Assembly (NCBI GenBank): GCA_000996355.1
Contig: LCAH01000005.1
Span: 1-47,146, forward strand
Source: Candidatus Uhrbacteria bacterium GW2011_GWC2_41_11
GTDB taxonomy: Bacteria; Patescibacteriota; Patescibacteriia; UBA9934; GWF2-40-263
Direction: 5' to 3'
Length of the DNA stretch: 47,146 bases
The notes below the pieces were generated by a model, which ran no database searches, had not been told where the DNA came from, and saw only the letters and a program-made list of their open reading frames with translations. Positions 29,745-38,631 of this stretch are shown here, piece by piece (positions within the stretch are counted from its first letter, which is position 1; every line of letters begins with the position of its first letter). Made by a program: the position numbers and the translations under genes.

Positions 29745-30152
29745 ATGCACGAAGACAATTACCATCTCATCACCAGTTGGGGTGGACTAAATCGGTCTCT
29801 AAAAGAAGGTCGGCTCAGTCTAAAAGAACTGGAGGAAGCTCTCTGTTTCTTCCGGTTCCGAACCGGACTGCATGAGCTGAAAATAAATGATTCATTCGCC
29901 TTTTTCGGAGCAGAAACAGCCGAAAAAAAATATAGGGAGATTATCCGTGTTCTCTCCAATAAAAATGGAGGAATTCGTTGGAGACAAGATCCGAATCATC
30001 TCCCTACATTAACTGATCTGGATGATTTCCTGGTCGAGAACGGATTTCCCTCATTCGCGAAATTTGTCCTGGATGGGGAGGAACGATATCAATGGTTCTC
30101 AATTATGCCAACCATTGTTTCTCGAGCAGGACTTATACTCATGGTTCATTGA
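29745..30152 (+). CDS. Hypothetical protein
   Basis: SD AAGGAG, TTGACA-16-TAGGAT at 29669-29696, terminator agcgtcc/ggacgct plus T-run at about 30159-30187. Confidence 0.7.
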   Translation: MHEDNYHLITSWGGLNRSLKEGRLSLKELEEALCFFRFRTGLHELKINDSFAFFGAETAEKKYREIIRVLSNKNGGIRWRQDPNHLPTLTDLDDFLVENGFPSFAKFVLDGEERYQWFSIMPTIVSRAGLILMVH

Positions 30153-30241
30153 CCCTCTAGCGTCCATCGTCGGACGCTTTTTTTTTTCAAATCTGTTATA
30201 CTTTTTTCAAGACATGAATATTTTTTCTTCATGCATACTCT

Positions 30242-31153
30242 ATGTTTTCTGGATCCCGATTTGAGAATTCTTTCCCAGGAGGTGGTTTTCATAGCGAAAC
30301 CGAACGAATACGAAAAGAACAAGAAATACCAGGCGAGGAATACATCCCGAGCACAGAGGATGAAATGCCTCTTGAAATGAAAAAAGAAGTCACTCGCATC
30401 GGACTCAACATCATGCGCAAAGTGTTTGCAAACATTCCGGATTATGTCGTGTTTGCAAGCACAGCCATGTCTTTATATGGATTAGAAGACGCCCCTGGAG
30501 ATTTTGATGCGACGGTTTCTTCAGAACAAACACTCAATCGAGTACGTGATCATTTGGCACGTGTACCTGGCGTTCAATTCAAGCATAACGGTTCATATAT
30601 CACCTCTCCATTGGATGGAACAAAAATTTTAAAAGGAAGTATTGTGATGGAATTTCCATCAACCAAACCAGGCGATAAATCGTCAAAGTACGCTTATCCA
30701 TTTGAAATTTTCTGCAAATCCACCCTCGTCCCGACGGAAACATTTCAAAAACAACATCGTGTTGAAGGTTTTAATGTTCTTACCCAGGAAGGCTTACAAC
30801 AGCAATACGCGAACAATACAAAAATGGAAGAACGTATTCAAAAATATATCGACCCAATTATTGACTATCTCACACATTCAGAAAGAGAACACCGCATTCT
30901 TGCAGAATTAGAACGCTGGCGAGCACATCAAGATTCTTCCTTTTTCTTTAAACCAATTGTTGGGGATATTCTTGATCAATTTGAAATACTTCCTGAAGAT
31001 TTGGAAAAATTCTATCAAATCAAACAAAAAAAATACGGAAAAATCTCTTCCGCAGATGTTGCGGAAATTCTCACAGGAGGTTTGAAAATTAAATTAAAAA
31101 AACGGCGAGAAAACATTCGAAAACTTATTGATTTTCAACGATTAGAGGTGTGA
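30242..31153 (+). CDS. Hypothetical protein, possible Pol-beta-like nucleotidyltransferase fold
   Basis: YVVFASTAMSLYG...PGDFDATV resembles the hG[GS]...DhD signature. Confidence 0.55.
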   Translation: MFSGSRFENSFPGGGFHSETERIRKEQEIPGEEYIPSTEDEMPLEMKKEVTRIGLNIMRKVFANIPDYVVFASTAMSLYGLEDAPGDFDATVSSEQTLNRVRDHLARVPGVQFKHNGSYITSPLDGTKILKGSIVMEFPSTKPGDKSSKYAYPFEIFCKSTLVPTETFQKQHRVEGFNVLTQEGLQQQYANNTKMEERIQKYIDPIIDYLTHSEREHRILAELERWRAHQDSSFFFKPIVGDILDQFEILPEDLEKFYQIKQKKYGKISSADVAEILTGGLKIKLKKRRENIRKLIDFQRLEV

Positions 31154-32199
31154 ACAGTTTTTGAAAAATCTTTTTGAAGAACCCCCGCTTTGTAAAGTTC
31201 CACAAGAACCAACACGGCAGAAAGAACCGTGGGACCCACAATCAAACCAATAGAACCAAACGTTTCAATGCCGCCAAGCATGAATACAAGAAGAAGAAGA
31301 GCGTGCATATGAGTGGTTCCTTTCATAAGGTACGGAGCCAAAAGATTATCAACGAGTCCAACAACCAAAATAGACCAAAGTGTCAACCCAACAGTTGCAA
31401 CCATATCTCCTGTAAAAAAGAGATAAACGATCGCCGGAACCATTACAAGACCAACTCCAACCAATGGAACTTGTGCAGCAACGACTGCAGCCGCTCCCCA
31501 AAGAAACGAGCCTGGCACCCCGAAAAAAGACATGCCGATCGTTGCAAAAATTCCCTGTGTTACGGCAACCATAAGTGCTCCGAATACAACGGAACGCACA
31601 GTTTCCACAATACGCTGCATAATCGCCTCATCCACCGTGTCTCGAAACGGACTCAATATCAAAATTTCTCGGCGCAGTTTATTCCGATCTGCGAGAAGAT
31701 AATACAAGGCAATAAAAAAGAGGATGGTGTTTATAGCAAATTTTGTGGAACTGGAAAAAAGATCATCCACATGTCCAAAAATCCATTCAGCAACACTTTT
31801 TGCAACTGCATTCAAATCCAACGCCAGCACCCGTTCACGTAAAAAAGAAGGAAGACTTTCTAACATGGCTGCAACCTGAACACGCGAAATCCACCCTCCG
31901 TCTCCCAGAGAACTTTGTAATAATTCCGTTGCTTGTCGAACCATGAGTAAAAGAACAAAAAAGATAGGAACGGCAATTAAGAGAAAAACAGCAAAAACCA
32001 AAAGAGCTGCGGCAAGTTTTTTTCGCTTGATCAATTGTTCAAGACGTTCATGAATTGGTGCACAAACAATGGCCGCAATTCCAGCTGTCAAAAGAGTAAG
32101 AACAAATGACTGAATCGTTGTCCAAGCAAGAAAAAGCACGATGACAGAAATCAAAAGAAAAAACCATCGTTCCAAAGACATTGAATGTTCCATGCGCAT
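31135..32199 (-). CDS. AI-2E family transporter
   Basis: Multiple TMs, VPLVG, DNLLAP, FGSIGLIVGP. Confidence 0.9.
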   Translation of the reverse strand: MRMEHSMSLERWFFLLISVIVLFLAWTTIQSFVLTLLTAGIAAIVCAPIHERLEQLIKRKKLAAALLVFAVFLLIAVPIFFVLLLMVRQATELLQSSLGDGGWISRVQVAAMLESLPSFLRERVLALDLNAVAKSVAEWIFGHVDDLFSSSTKFAINTILFFIALYYLLADRNKLRREILILSPFRDTVDEAIMQRIVETVRSVVFGALMVAVTQGIFATIGMSFFGVPGSFLWGAAAVVAAQVPLVGVGLVMVPAIVYLFFTGDMVATVGLTLWSILVVGLVDNLLAPYLMKGTTHMHALLLLVFMLGGIETFGSIGLIVGPTVLSAVLVLVELYKAGVLQKDFSKTVHTSNR

Positions 32200-32298
32200 A
32201 TAAATCTATTATAGATGAAAGTTCTTTCTTTCTCCAGACAAAAAAATCTATTCCTCATTCCTAACACCCAACATATATCACCTATTTGTCACGATCTC

Positions 32299-32327
32299 TT
32301 GACAAATATTTTTATTTATGGTAAACT
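32299..32327 (+). promoter_or_regulatory. sigma70 promoter P1 TTGACA-17-TAAACT
   Basis: Consensus hexamers, TG-extended -10. Confidence 0.8.
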
Positions 32328-32377
32328 TATTTTTGTAAGGTTGAAATAAATAATAAACCAACATTTGTTACAAGCTA

Positions 32378-32406
32378 TTGACAAAAATTTTCAACCGTGG
32401 TATGCT
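32378..32406 (+). promoter_or_regulatory. sigma70 promoter P2 TTGACA-17-TATGCT
   Basis: Consensus hexamers, TG-extended -10, AT-rich upstream. Confidence 0.8.
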
Positions 32407-32412
32407 AGAAGA

Positions 32413-33435
32413 GTTATAAAATTCAAATTAGTTCCCTTTCAGCATTTTTGGAAAAAACAGTTTGAGAATCGAAACTGTTTTTTCTAAGAATCGTGAGCGG
32501 GAGCGTTGTTATTCCGAAATCTCCCCCACGGCGTTGGCTGGATCATGGCATCAAAAGGATGGCTTATCCCCTGATGTATTGTTACATCAGACCCATCCCC
32601 CAACAATAGCCACCCGGCCGCGCATCGATGGCAGATTCGGGGACTGCCTGCCAATCACTTGTTCCCCGATTTTACCACCCGCGGGCGTCCCATCCCTACC
32701 AGGCATTCATCATCAGGCAGGGACCCTCGCGAATTTTTTGAAAGCCACCCCACCACTCTATCGAAAATACAGAGTCGGAGGGGCTGGCGATAACCAAGGG
32801 TCATTTTTCAGACCCATGAGAGTCCCTTTGGACTCATGAAAGAGAGAACAGAAATGTTCCTAAGACAATTTTGTAGACGATAGGAGACTAAGAGAGGGTC
32901 TCCGTTAACAAAAAAACTCTCTGAAGAAGGTGTACCCAGGTCTACCTTTAAAACCTGGCTTAGTCGCTTGTTGGTACCAACCCCCTATCGGCGCTGCTTC
33001 GCAACCGGGGGTCTGGTCGCACCGGAAAAACAGGTGACAAAAAACCAAAAACTTCTTCGAGAATCCCTCGACACGGCCCCACAACCATCGGGCGCCTACG
33101 GGATTAAAAATCTCGGAGAAAAACCAAGAAAGGAGGGTGAGACATGGCTTATTGTCATGAATCACCATTCTACTGAACCAAGGGGAGTCGACGACACCGA
33201 CCAGGCATTTTTGCCGGAGTTGCTCGTCGTGCGCGAAAAGCCAATCGACTCCCCCCACGCGAGACATCTTTTGGGGAGTTGATACGGGCTACCGCGGGCG
33301 CCTTTCGCCTGCGTCGGAGCCTTGCTGTCGGCTCCCCTTGTCTTTTGAGGACTTGAAGAAAATGCTTCGAGAATTCAAAAGAGGAAGAGACGACTCTGAA
33401 AATCCGCCCTTAACCCGGGCGGATTTTCGTTTTTT
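32413..33435 (+). ncRNA. Candidate large (~1 kb) highly structured non-coding RNA of unrecognised class
   Basis: Bounded by promoters and a terminator, GC-rich, no credible long ORF, more than a dozen helices with G-U pairs favouring the + strand. Confidence 0.7.
33398..33435 (+). terminator. Strong intrinsic terminator
   Basis: gaaaatccgccc/gggcggattttc 12-bp stem followed by gtttttt. Confidence 0.85.
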
Positions 33436-33462
33436 CTGATTTCACGTTATGATCTTTTTGTT

Positions 33463-34167
33463 ATGAAACAAGAAATACGCCTCAATAAATTCCTTGTCAG
33501 TGTTGGTGCATGCTCCCGCCGAGAAGCAGATCGTCTGATTGAGGACGAAAGAGTGAGTGTGAATAGAACTCCAGCTCTTCTTGGACAAAAAGTCACAGGA
33601 AAAGAAATCATCACGATTGATGGAGAACCTGTTGGCAAACCACCCACAAAACGTATCTACATGGCATATCACAAACCTATTGGCATTATTTGTACAAGCG
33701 ATCCGAATGCAGAAGACAATATTATTGAAGCGATCAATTTTCCCGAACGTATTTTTCACATTGGACGACTGGACGTTGCTTCTTCTGGACTCATTCTTCT
33801 CACAAACGACGGAGATATCGTGAACCATATTTTACGTGCAGAAGAACAACATGAAAAAGAATATGTGATCCAAACAGATCGACCTCTCACAGATATTTTT
33901 CTCCATCGCATGGAAACAGGTGTGGTCATAGACGACCGCCACACCCTTCCGGCAACAGTTAAAAGACTGGGACCTGATCGTTTTACTCTGACCCTTATCG
34001 AAGGACGCAATCGTCAAATTCGCAAAATGTGCGAAGCACTTGGTTATGAAGTCAAACAACTCAAACGTATTCGTGTCATGAATATTCAACTCGGAGATCT
34101 TCCGCCCGGTCGTTGGCGATTTCTCACTCCACAAGAAGAAAAAGAATTGTTGGAAAACAAAAAATAA
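33463..34167 (+). CDS. RsuA/RluB/RluF family rRNA pseudouridine synthase with S4 domain
   Basis: RLNKFL...SRREAD, GRLD, LLTNDG, EGRNRQIRKM. Confidence 0.95.
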   Translation: MKQEIRLNKFLVSVGACSRREADRLIEDERVSVNRTPALLGQKVTGKEIITIDGEPVGKPPTKRIYMAYHKPIGIICTSDPNAEDNIIEAINFPERIFHIGRLDVASSGLILLTNDGDIVNHILRAEEQHEKEYVIQTDRPLTDIFLHRMETGVVIDDRHTLPATVKRLGPDRFTLTLIEGRNRQIRKMCEALGYEVKQLKRIRVMNIQLGDLPPGRWRFLTPQEEKELLENKK

Positions 34168-34200
34168 AAACCGTTCCTGATAGGAGGAACGGAGTTTGTT

Positions 34201-34632
34201 TCAAAGAACGTCACGATGACGCACAACGGTCATAACCTCTAGACCACTTGGTTTGGAATATATCTCATACGCAATCATGGCGTTGGCGAAAACTCCAAAC
34301 CGATCTGTACCGGTTCGTGCGGCCAGAATGTCCAACTGTTCAAGCATATCGTGTGTGAGATCGATACATAGATCCCACTCACCCTCTTCCATCCCAGGAC
34401 TCGCTTGTTGAGCCTCGGAAAAAAATGGATTTATTGGTCGACCAACGGGGAATCCTGGATCATTCGATCTTTCTTCATAAAGATTGTGAACATATTCAGC
34501 CATGACCTGACAGAGAAATTCGCTCGGATCTTTAATTCCGCTGCCGCCGCCGCTCATGAGCCGAAAGAAAAAAATTGCCTGCTCTGGATCCCTCACCTGA
34601 AAACAAAAACGAATCTCTCCTGTTCCTGACAT
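34201..34632 (-). CDS. Hypothetical protein, possible ribbon-helix-helix regulator
   Basis: SD GAGGA. CIDLTHDMLEQLDILAARTGTDRFGVFANAM fits a CopG-like pattern. Confidence 0.55.
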   Translation of the reverse strand: MSGTGEIRFCFQVRDPEQAIFFFRLMSGGGSGIKDPSEFLCQVMAEYVHNLYEERSNDPGFPVGRPINPFFSEAQQASPGMEEGEWDLCIDLTHDMLEQLDILAARTGTDRFGVFANAMIAYEIYSKPSGLEVMTVVRHRDVL

Positions 34633-34711
34633 GGGAGTCCTCCTCTGTCAGACGTTTGTGGTTTATCACATATTGTATAAGGACTTCTTTTGTTATACCT
34701 TTTTTGAAATT

Positions 34712-36646
34712 TTAGTCAATGCCACCTGTTTCTTCTTGAAAAAATGGCACAGACGGAAGTGTTGTTAACTTTGATAATATATCTCGTTCTCGATTCAGGG
34801 TTGCATCACCTATTTCTTGTGCTTCTTGTTCAAAATAATTTTTAAAACGGATAAATATCTGGTCATAAGGAGAAGAAACCTGCAAAGGAAGAGATGTTTG
34901 TTCCCAAGACGATGTTGTTTCATTTTTTTCTCTTTCATCGGCAATCCATTGTCGAATCAATTCCCCATATCGCACTAAAAGAACACCTTTACGTACTCCA
35001 TTATCATCGGACATATCTGCTTGAAGACCATCAAATGAGATATCTCCCGTGCGTGACCATGTACGACCATCACGATCCTCATAATTCACCCGCAATGACA
35101 AATGCGGATCTCCTCCTGTTTTTCGCACTTTCAAAAGAATGATTCCTCCGCGTGTTTGTCCATCTTTTGTTGCGGAAGGAAAAAGCGTTCCGATGCGCAT
35201 GATATTTCCTGTAGATTTATTCGCTTCCGGAGAACCATACACCTGCTCAATTTCAAACCCATTTGATTCAGTCGTCATTTCCAAATTAAACACCAAAGGA
35301 GATACCATATAATCGAATCCTTCATCTAGACGTTCTTGTAATTCACTTTGTGTATGCGTGGAAAAATAATTTGCTCCACGTATTTTTGTTATTGCCTCAA
35401 CCAATGCACTCTGGAAATCAACACCTATGCCGATACATGTAGTATAGACCTTGTGTTGTGCATTTTTTTCTAATCGGCTTACGAGTCCATCTTTACTTAT
35501 ATCTCCAGTATTAGGCATGGCATCTGTCAAAATAATCATGCGATTCTCATACGTATAATCTTTTTCATCACTTACTTCCATAAATAATGTCTCTGCCGAA
35601 TCCAATCCTGCAGAAAAATCCGTCCCTCCATCCGCGGACAAAGATAACAAATGTGTTTTTATTTGTTCCATTTCTGTTTCTTTCACAAGACGAAGCGGTT
35701 TGGCTATAGACGCATGATCATTGAATAAAACGATTCCTAATCGATCATCCGGTTGTAGGTGATCTAAAAGACTTGATACGGACGCAAGAGCGGTTTGTAT
35801 TTTTGTTTTTTTTGCTTCCTGTTCTTTTTGTCTATTTTGATCGTAATAATAGGTATCAAAAGAAGATGACATCGAGCCTGAAATATCCAAAACAATAACA
35901 AGATTCAATTTTTTACGCGCAAAATCGCTTTGCTTCATTCCTGAATTCAATCCAACAGCCACATACATTTCTTCTTCACCTGTCAACGGATTTTTTGTCA
36001 CTGCCCGACGATAGGATGGACAAAAAAGTATGTCACACGTTTCCTTTTTTCCTGTTTCAAAAAAATAATCTCCAAACAACCCTTCGTACGTTAAACTTGA
36101 AAGCAATGGTAAAAATCCGTTTTCAATATTGGTGCGAAATGATCCAATATCTTTGGCTCCACCAACGGAAAATCCAAGAGATTCATCAGATGAAACAGAC
36201 ATCGATAATCCGGCACTACTCCCAAACGATTCACTTTGCACAAGACCACCAAACAAATCCCAACCAGCATCTCCCATTCCGAGACCTGCACTCGACCCAC
36301 TTCCAGACATTCCAGAAATAAATGCACCAGATGTCTTATCTACTTCAGAAGAAGACCTATATTGCCAATCATCTATTTTTTTAGGTGCTATAAAAGAAAG
36401 AAGAGAACGGCGAGGATGTTGATAAGACATCTGAACACTCACAACCATAAGAACAAGAACTGCGAATACACATACGGGCCACAGGCGTTTCCATCGCTGC
36501 AAAAATTGGATCATCAGAGACAGGGAAAAATGTTTAGATGTTTTCGAAAAACCTAATCGTGCTGCCACCATTTGTTCCAATGGAACGTTCACAGAGATTT
36601 GTTCTATTTCTTTCTGATACATTTTCGAAAAAATATTTTTCAACAT
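34712..36646 (-). CDS. Membrane-anchored von Willebrand factor A domain protein (YfbK-like)
   Basis: TM near the N-terminus, MIDAS DISGS, GGT, LTD. Start reset to ATG 36646, overlapping the sigma stop. Confidence 0.88.
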   Translation of the reverse strand: MLKNIFSKMYQKEIEQISVNVPLEQMVAARLGFSKTSKHFSLSLMIQFLQRWKRLWPVCVFAVLVLMVVSVQMSYQHPRRSLLSFIAPKKIDDWQYRSSSEVDKTSGAFISGMSGSGSSAGLGMGDAGWDLFGGLVQSESFGSSAGLSMSVSSDESLGFSVGGAKDIGSFRTNIENGFLPLLSSLTYEGLFGDYFFETGKKETCDILFCPSYRRAVTKNPLTGEEEMYVAVGLNSGMKQSDFARKKLNLVIVLDISGSMSSSFDTYYYDQNRQKEQEAKKTKIQTALASVSSLLDHLQPDDRLGIVLFNDHASIAKPLRLVKETEMEQIKTHLLSLSADGGTDFSAGLDSAETLFMEVSDEKDYTYENRMIILTDAMPNTGDISKDGLVSRLEKNAQHKVYTTCIGIGVDFQSALVEAITKIRGANYFSTHTQSELQERLDEGFDYMVSPLVFNLEMTTESNGFEIEQVYGSPEANKSTGNIMRIGTLFPSATKDGQTRGGIILLKVRKTGGDPHLSLRVNYEDRDGRTWSRTGDISFDGLQADMSDDNGVRKGVLLVRYGELIRQWIADEREKNETTSSWEQTSLPLQVSSPYDQIFIRFKNYFEQEAQEIGDATLNRERDILSKLTTLPSVPFFQEETGGID

Positions 36647-37158
36647 AAAATATCTTCCCCATTTTTTTCTTCTAAACGTAGCCTTCGATGAAGTCGAGAA
36701 AACCACTGACGAACAGCGGATACTTCTTTTCCAAGGATATATGCAAGTTCCTCATACGTCATTTCATCCTCATACCGCATGGCAAGAAGAGCTTTTTCTT
36801 CACCTGTAAGACGTTCAAGAATTCGTTCAATAGCCATTTTATGATCAAGATGTTCGTGAAATAAATCATCTATCTCTGAATAAGAATTCGCTCCCCGTTC
36901 CTCAAATGAAATAGACATTTTTTTCGTACGCCAATACATCAACAAACGATATCGCACTATTCCACACATCCACTGCCGAAGTGTTCCTAAATGTTCATCG
37001 TATTCCTCGATCTTTGCGTATCCTTGCACACACACATCTGCCACAATATCCTCCGCTTCCTGACGATCAGAAACGCGATACCGCACATATCGATACAGAA
37101 ATTCAAATAAAACATGGTATTCGCGGGCAAAGAGGTCGCGTTTTTCAAAAACATCCAT
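36640..37158 (-). CDS. ECF sigma factor
   Basis: AEDIVAD, LRQWMCGI, MTYEELAYIL...AVRQWFSR. Confidence 0.9.
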   Translation of the reverse strand: MDVFEKRDLFAREYHVLFEFLYRYVRYRVSDRQEAEDIVADVCVQGYAKIEEYDEHLGTLRQWMCGIVRYRLLMYWRTKKMSISFEERGANSYSEIDDLFHEHLDHKMAIERILERLTGEEKALLAMRYEDEMTYEELAYILGKEVSAVRQWFSRLHRRLRLEEKNGEDILC

Positions 37159-37343
37159 ACGAAAAAATCTTGTACATATATCCTATGCATCTTTCCCACT
37201 TTTTGTGACAAAAGAAAAGACCGCCCAACGAGACGAAAGTTGACGAAAAAGAAAAAATATCTATACTGATCTATCAACCTCCTTTGTGGGTTGATAGATT
37301 CTTTCAAAAAACATGCCATTTATCATCATTCAGAAAGGCATTA

Positions 37344-38555
37344 ATGAACAAATACTTCATTCTTTCTCTTTTCTCTCTCTTCTGTTTTGGACATAAACCT
37401 GTGTTAGCACAGGAAGGAATATCAACAGCAGAACAAAATAAAACCGTGAAAATTCTCGTCTTTTGTTCTGATGCATTTGGTATTTGTCACCTCATAGATC
37501 AGGAATTACTCGGATATCGATACCGGACAGATGTTTCTTCTTTTCCCTTCCAACGTATCGACACCATGCAAGTTGAAGTCTGTCCGGATATCGCCCGATA
37601 CCAAATCCATGTCATTCCAACGTTTGTAGCAGTCAATGCAGATGGAATAGCACTCCACCGCCGGGAAGGATACGCAAATAAAGAAGATACGATTGACTGG
37701 TTTCGTTCTATTTCCTTCCCTGTCTTAAACACGTCGGGAAAAAATGCCGCCCGTACGGCAAGAATGCTTGTCGAAGGGGGACAAGAAGAACGCGCGGCTG
37801 TTTATATAAAGACCGCGGAGGATGGAGAAGATTTTCGTATTGCGAGATTATTTGAAGAAAAACGACGAGAAGACGCGGAATGGCTTTTTGAAAAAACTCT
37901 TCCGGGTCTCTGGACAGAACAAGCATTAACCCTTTTTCCAGATCTTTGGTCTCGAGTAGATGCAGCATTCATCAGTCGAACGTCGGATCCATTCTCTCAG
38001 GCATCAACACTTCTTCTTTCTGGAATGGCCGCTGCGCAAGAACAAAAAAAAGAAGATGCCACGCATCAGTGGCAAACAGCAGTCAAAATTATCCTCGACA
38101 CCTGTTGGCTTGAAATTCCAAAAAATGATCGGGCGTATGCCTGGCTGCTCGCAAACCTCTACGAACGGCTTGGACAATGGGACGAAGCGGAACGGATCTG
38201 GCAGACTATGACTCGAGCATTTCCGAACGATATCATGTTTTCGATCGGAAGAATACGACTCATGTTGGCACAGGGCGGACGAGGAACCGAGGCCATGGAA
38301 CTTGCCCATTCCCTCCACGAAACCACAAAAAAACGCGGTATTCTCTATCGACTCTGGACTGCGCGCACGCTTGCAGAAACCTGTTTCGCAGAAGGACAAA
38401 AGGATGAAGCACTTCTTGTTCTCCGCGAAACGTTGAATGCCGCATCCGTGGTCTCGTTTCCGCACACGGACACGATCCAAATATGGAGTGAACGACAGGA
38501 AAAGACACGTCATCTACTGAGTCGACTCCAAGCCGGATCAATAACTTCGCCGTAA
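37344..38555 (+). CDS. Secreted thioredoxin-like plus TPR-repeat protein
   Basis: Signal peptide, Trx-like (FCSDAFGIC...YQIHVIPTF...RREGY), TPR (LANLYERLGQWDEAERIW). Promoter TTGACG-16-TATACT at 37240. Confidence 0.7.
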   Translation: MNKYFILSLFSLFCFGHKPVLAQEGISTAEQNKTVKILVFCSDAFGICHLIDQELLGYRYRTDVSSFPFQRIDTMQVEVCPDIARYQIHVIPTFVAVNADGIALHRREGYANKEDTIDWFRSISFPVLNTSGKNAARTARMLVEGGQEERAAVYIKTAEDGEDFRIARLFEEKRREDAEWLFEKTLPGLWTEQALTLFPDLWSRVDAAFISRTSDPFSQASTLLLSGMAAAQEQKKEDATHQWQTAVKIILDTCWLEIPKNDRAYAWLLANLYERLGQWDEAERIWQTMTRAFPNDIMFSIGRIRLMLAQGGRGTEAMELAHSLHETTKKRGILYRLWTARTLAETCFAEGQKDEALLVLRETLNAASVVSFPHTDTIQIWSERQEKTRHLLSRLQAGSITSP

Positions 38556-38631
38556 TCTTGTTGAACGGTCCCATATATGGATCGTTTTTTTGATACAAAA
38601 AAAGATCTGATATGTTGATCAGATCTCTGAT

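Noticed and set aside
32881-32966. GAGACUA...UAGUC resembling group I intron P7
   Set aside because: No J8/7 (AAGAUA) or P4-P6 consensus and no interrupted host gene. Both halves have other pairing partners
33182-33260. GGGG...UCGACUCCCCCCAC resembling tmRNA or tRNA ends
   Set aside because: No T-arm GGUUCRA, no CCA end, no tag ORF. It forms a simple 10-bp stem
32462-33282. ORFs 32462-32839(+), 32968-33282(+) and 32905-33267(-)
   Set aside because: No SD, mostly non-ATG starts, and Pro/Gly/Arg-rich with no recognisable motif. Better explained as chance ORFs in GC-rich structured RNA
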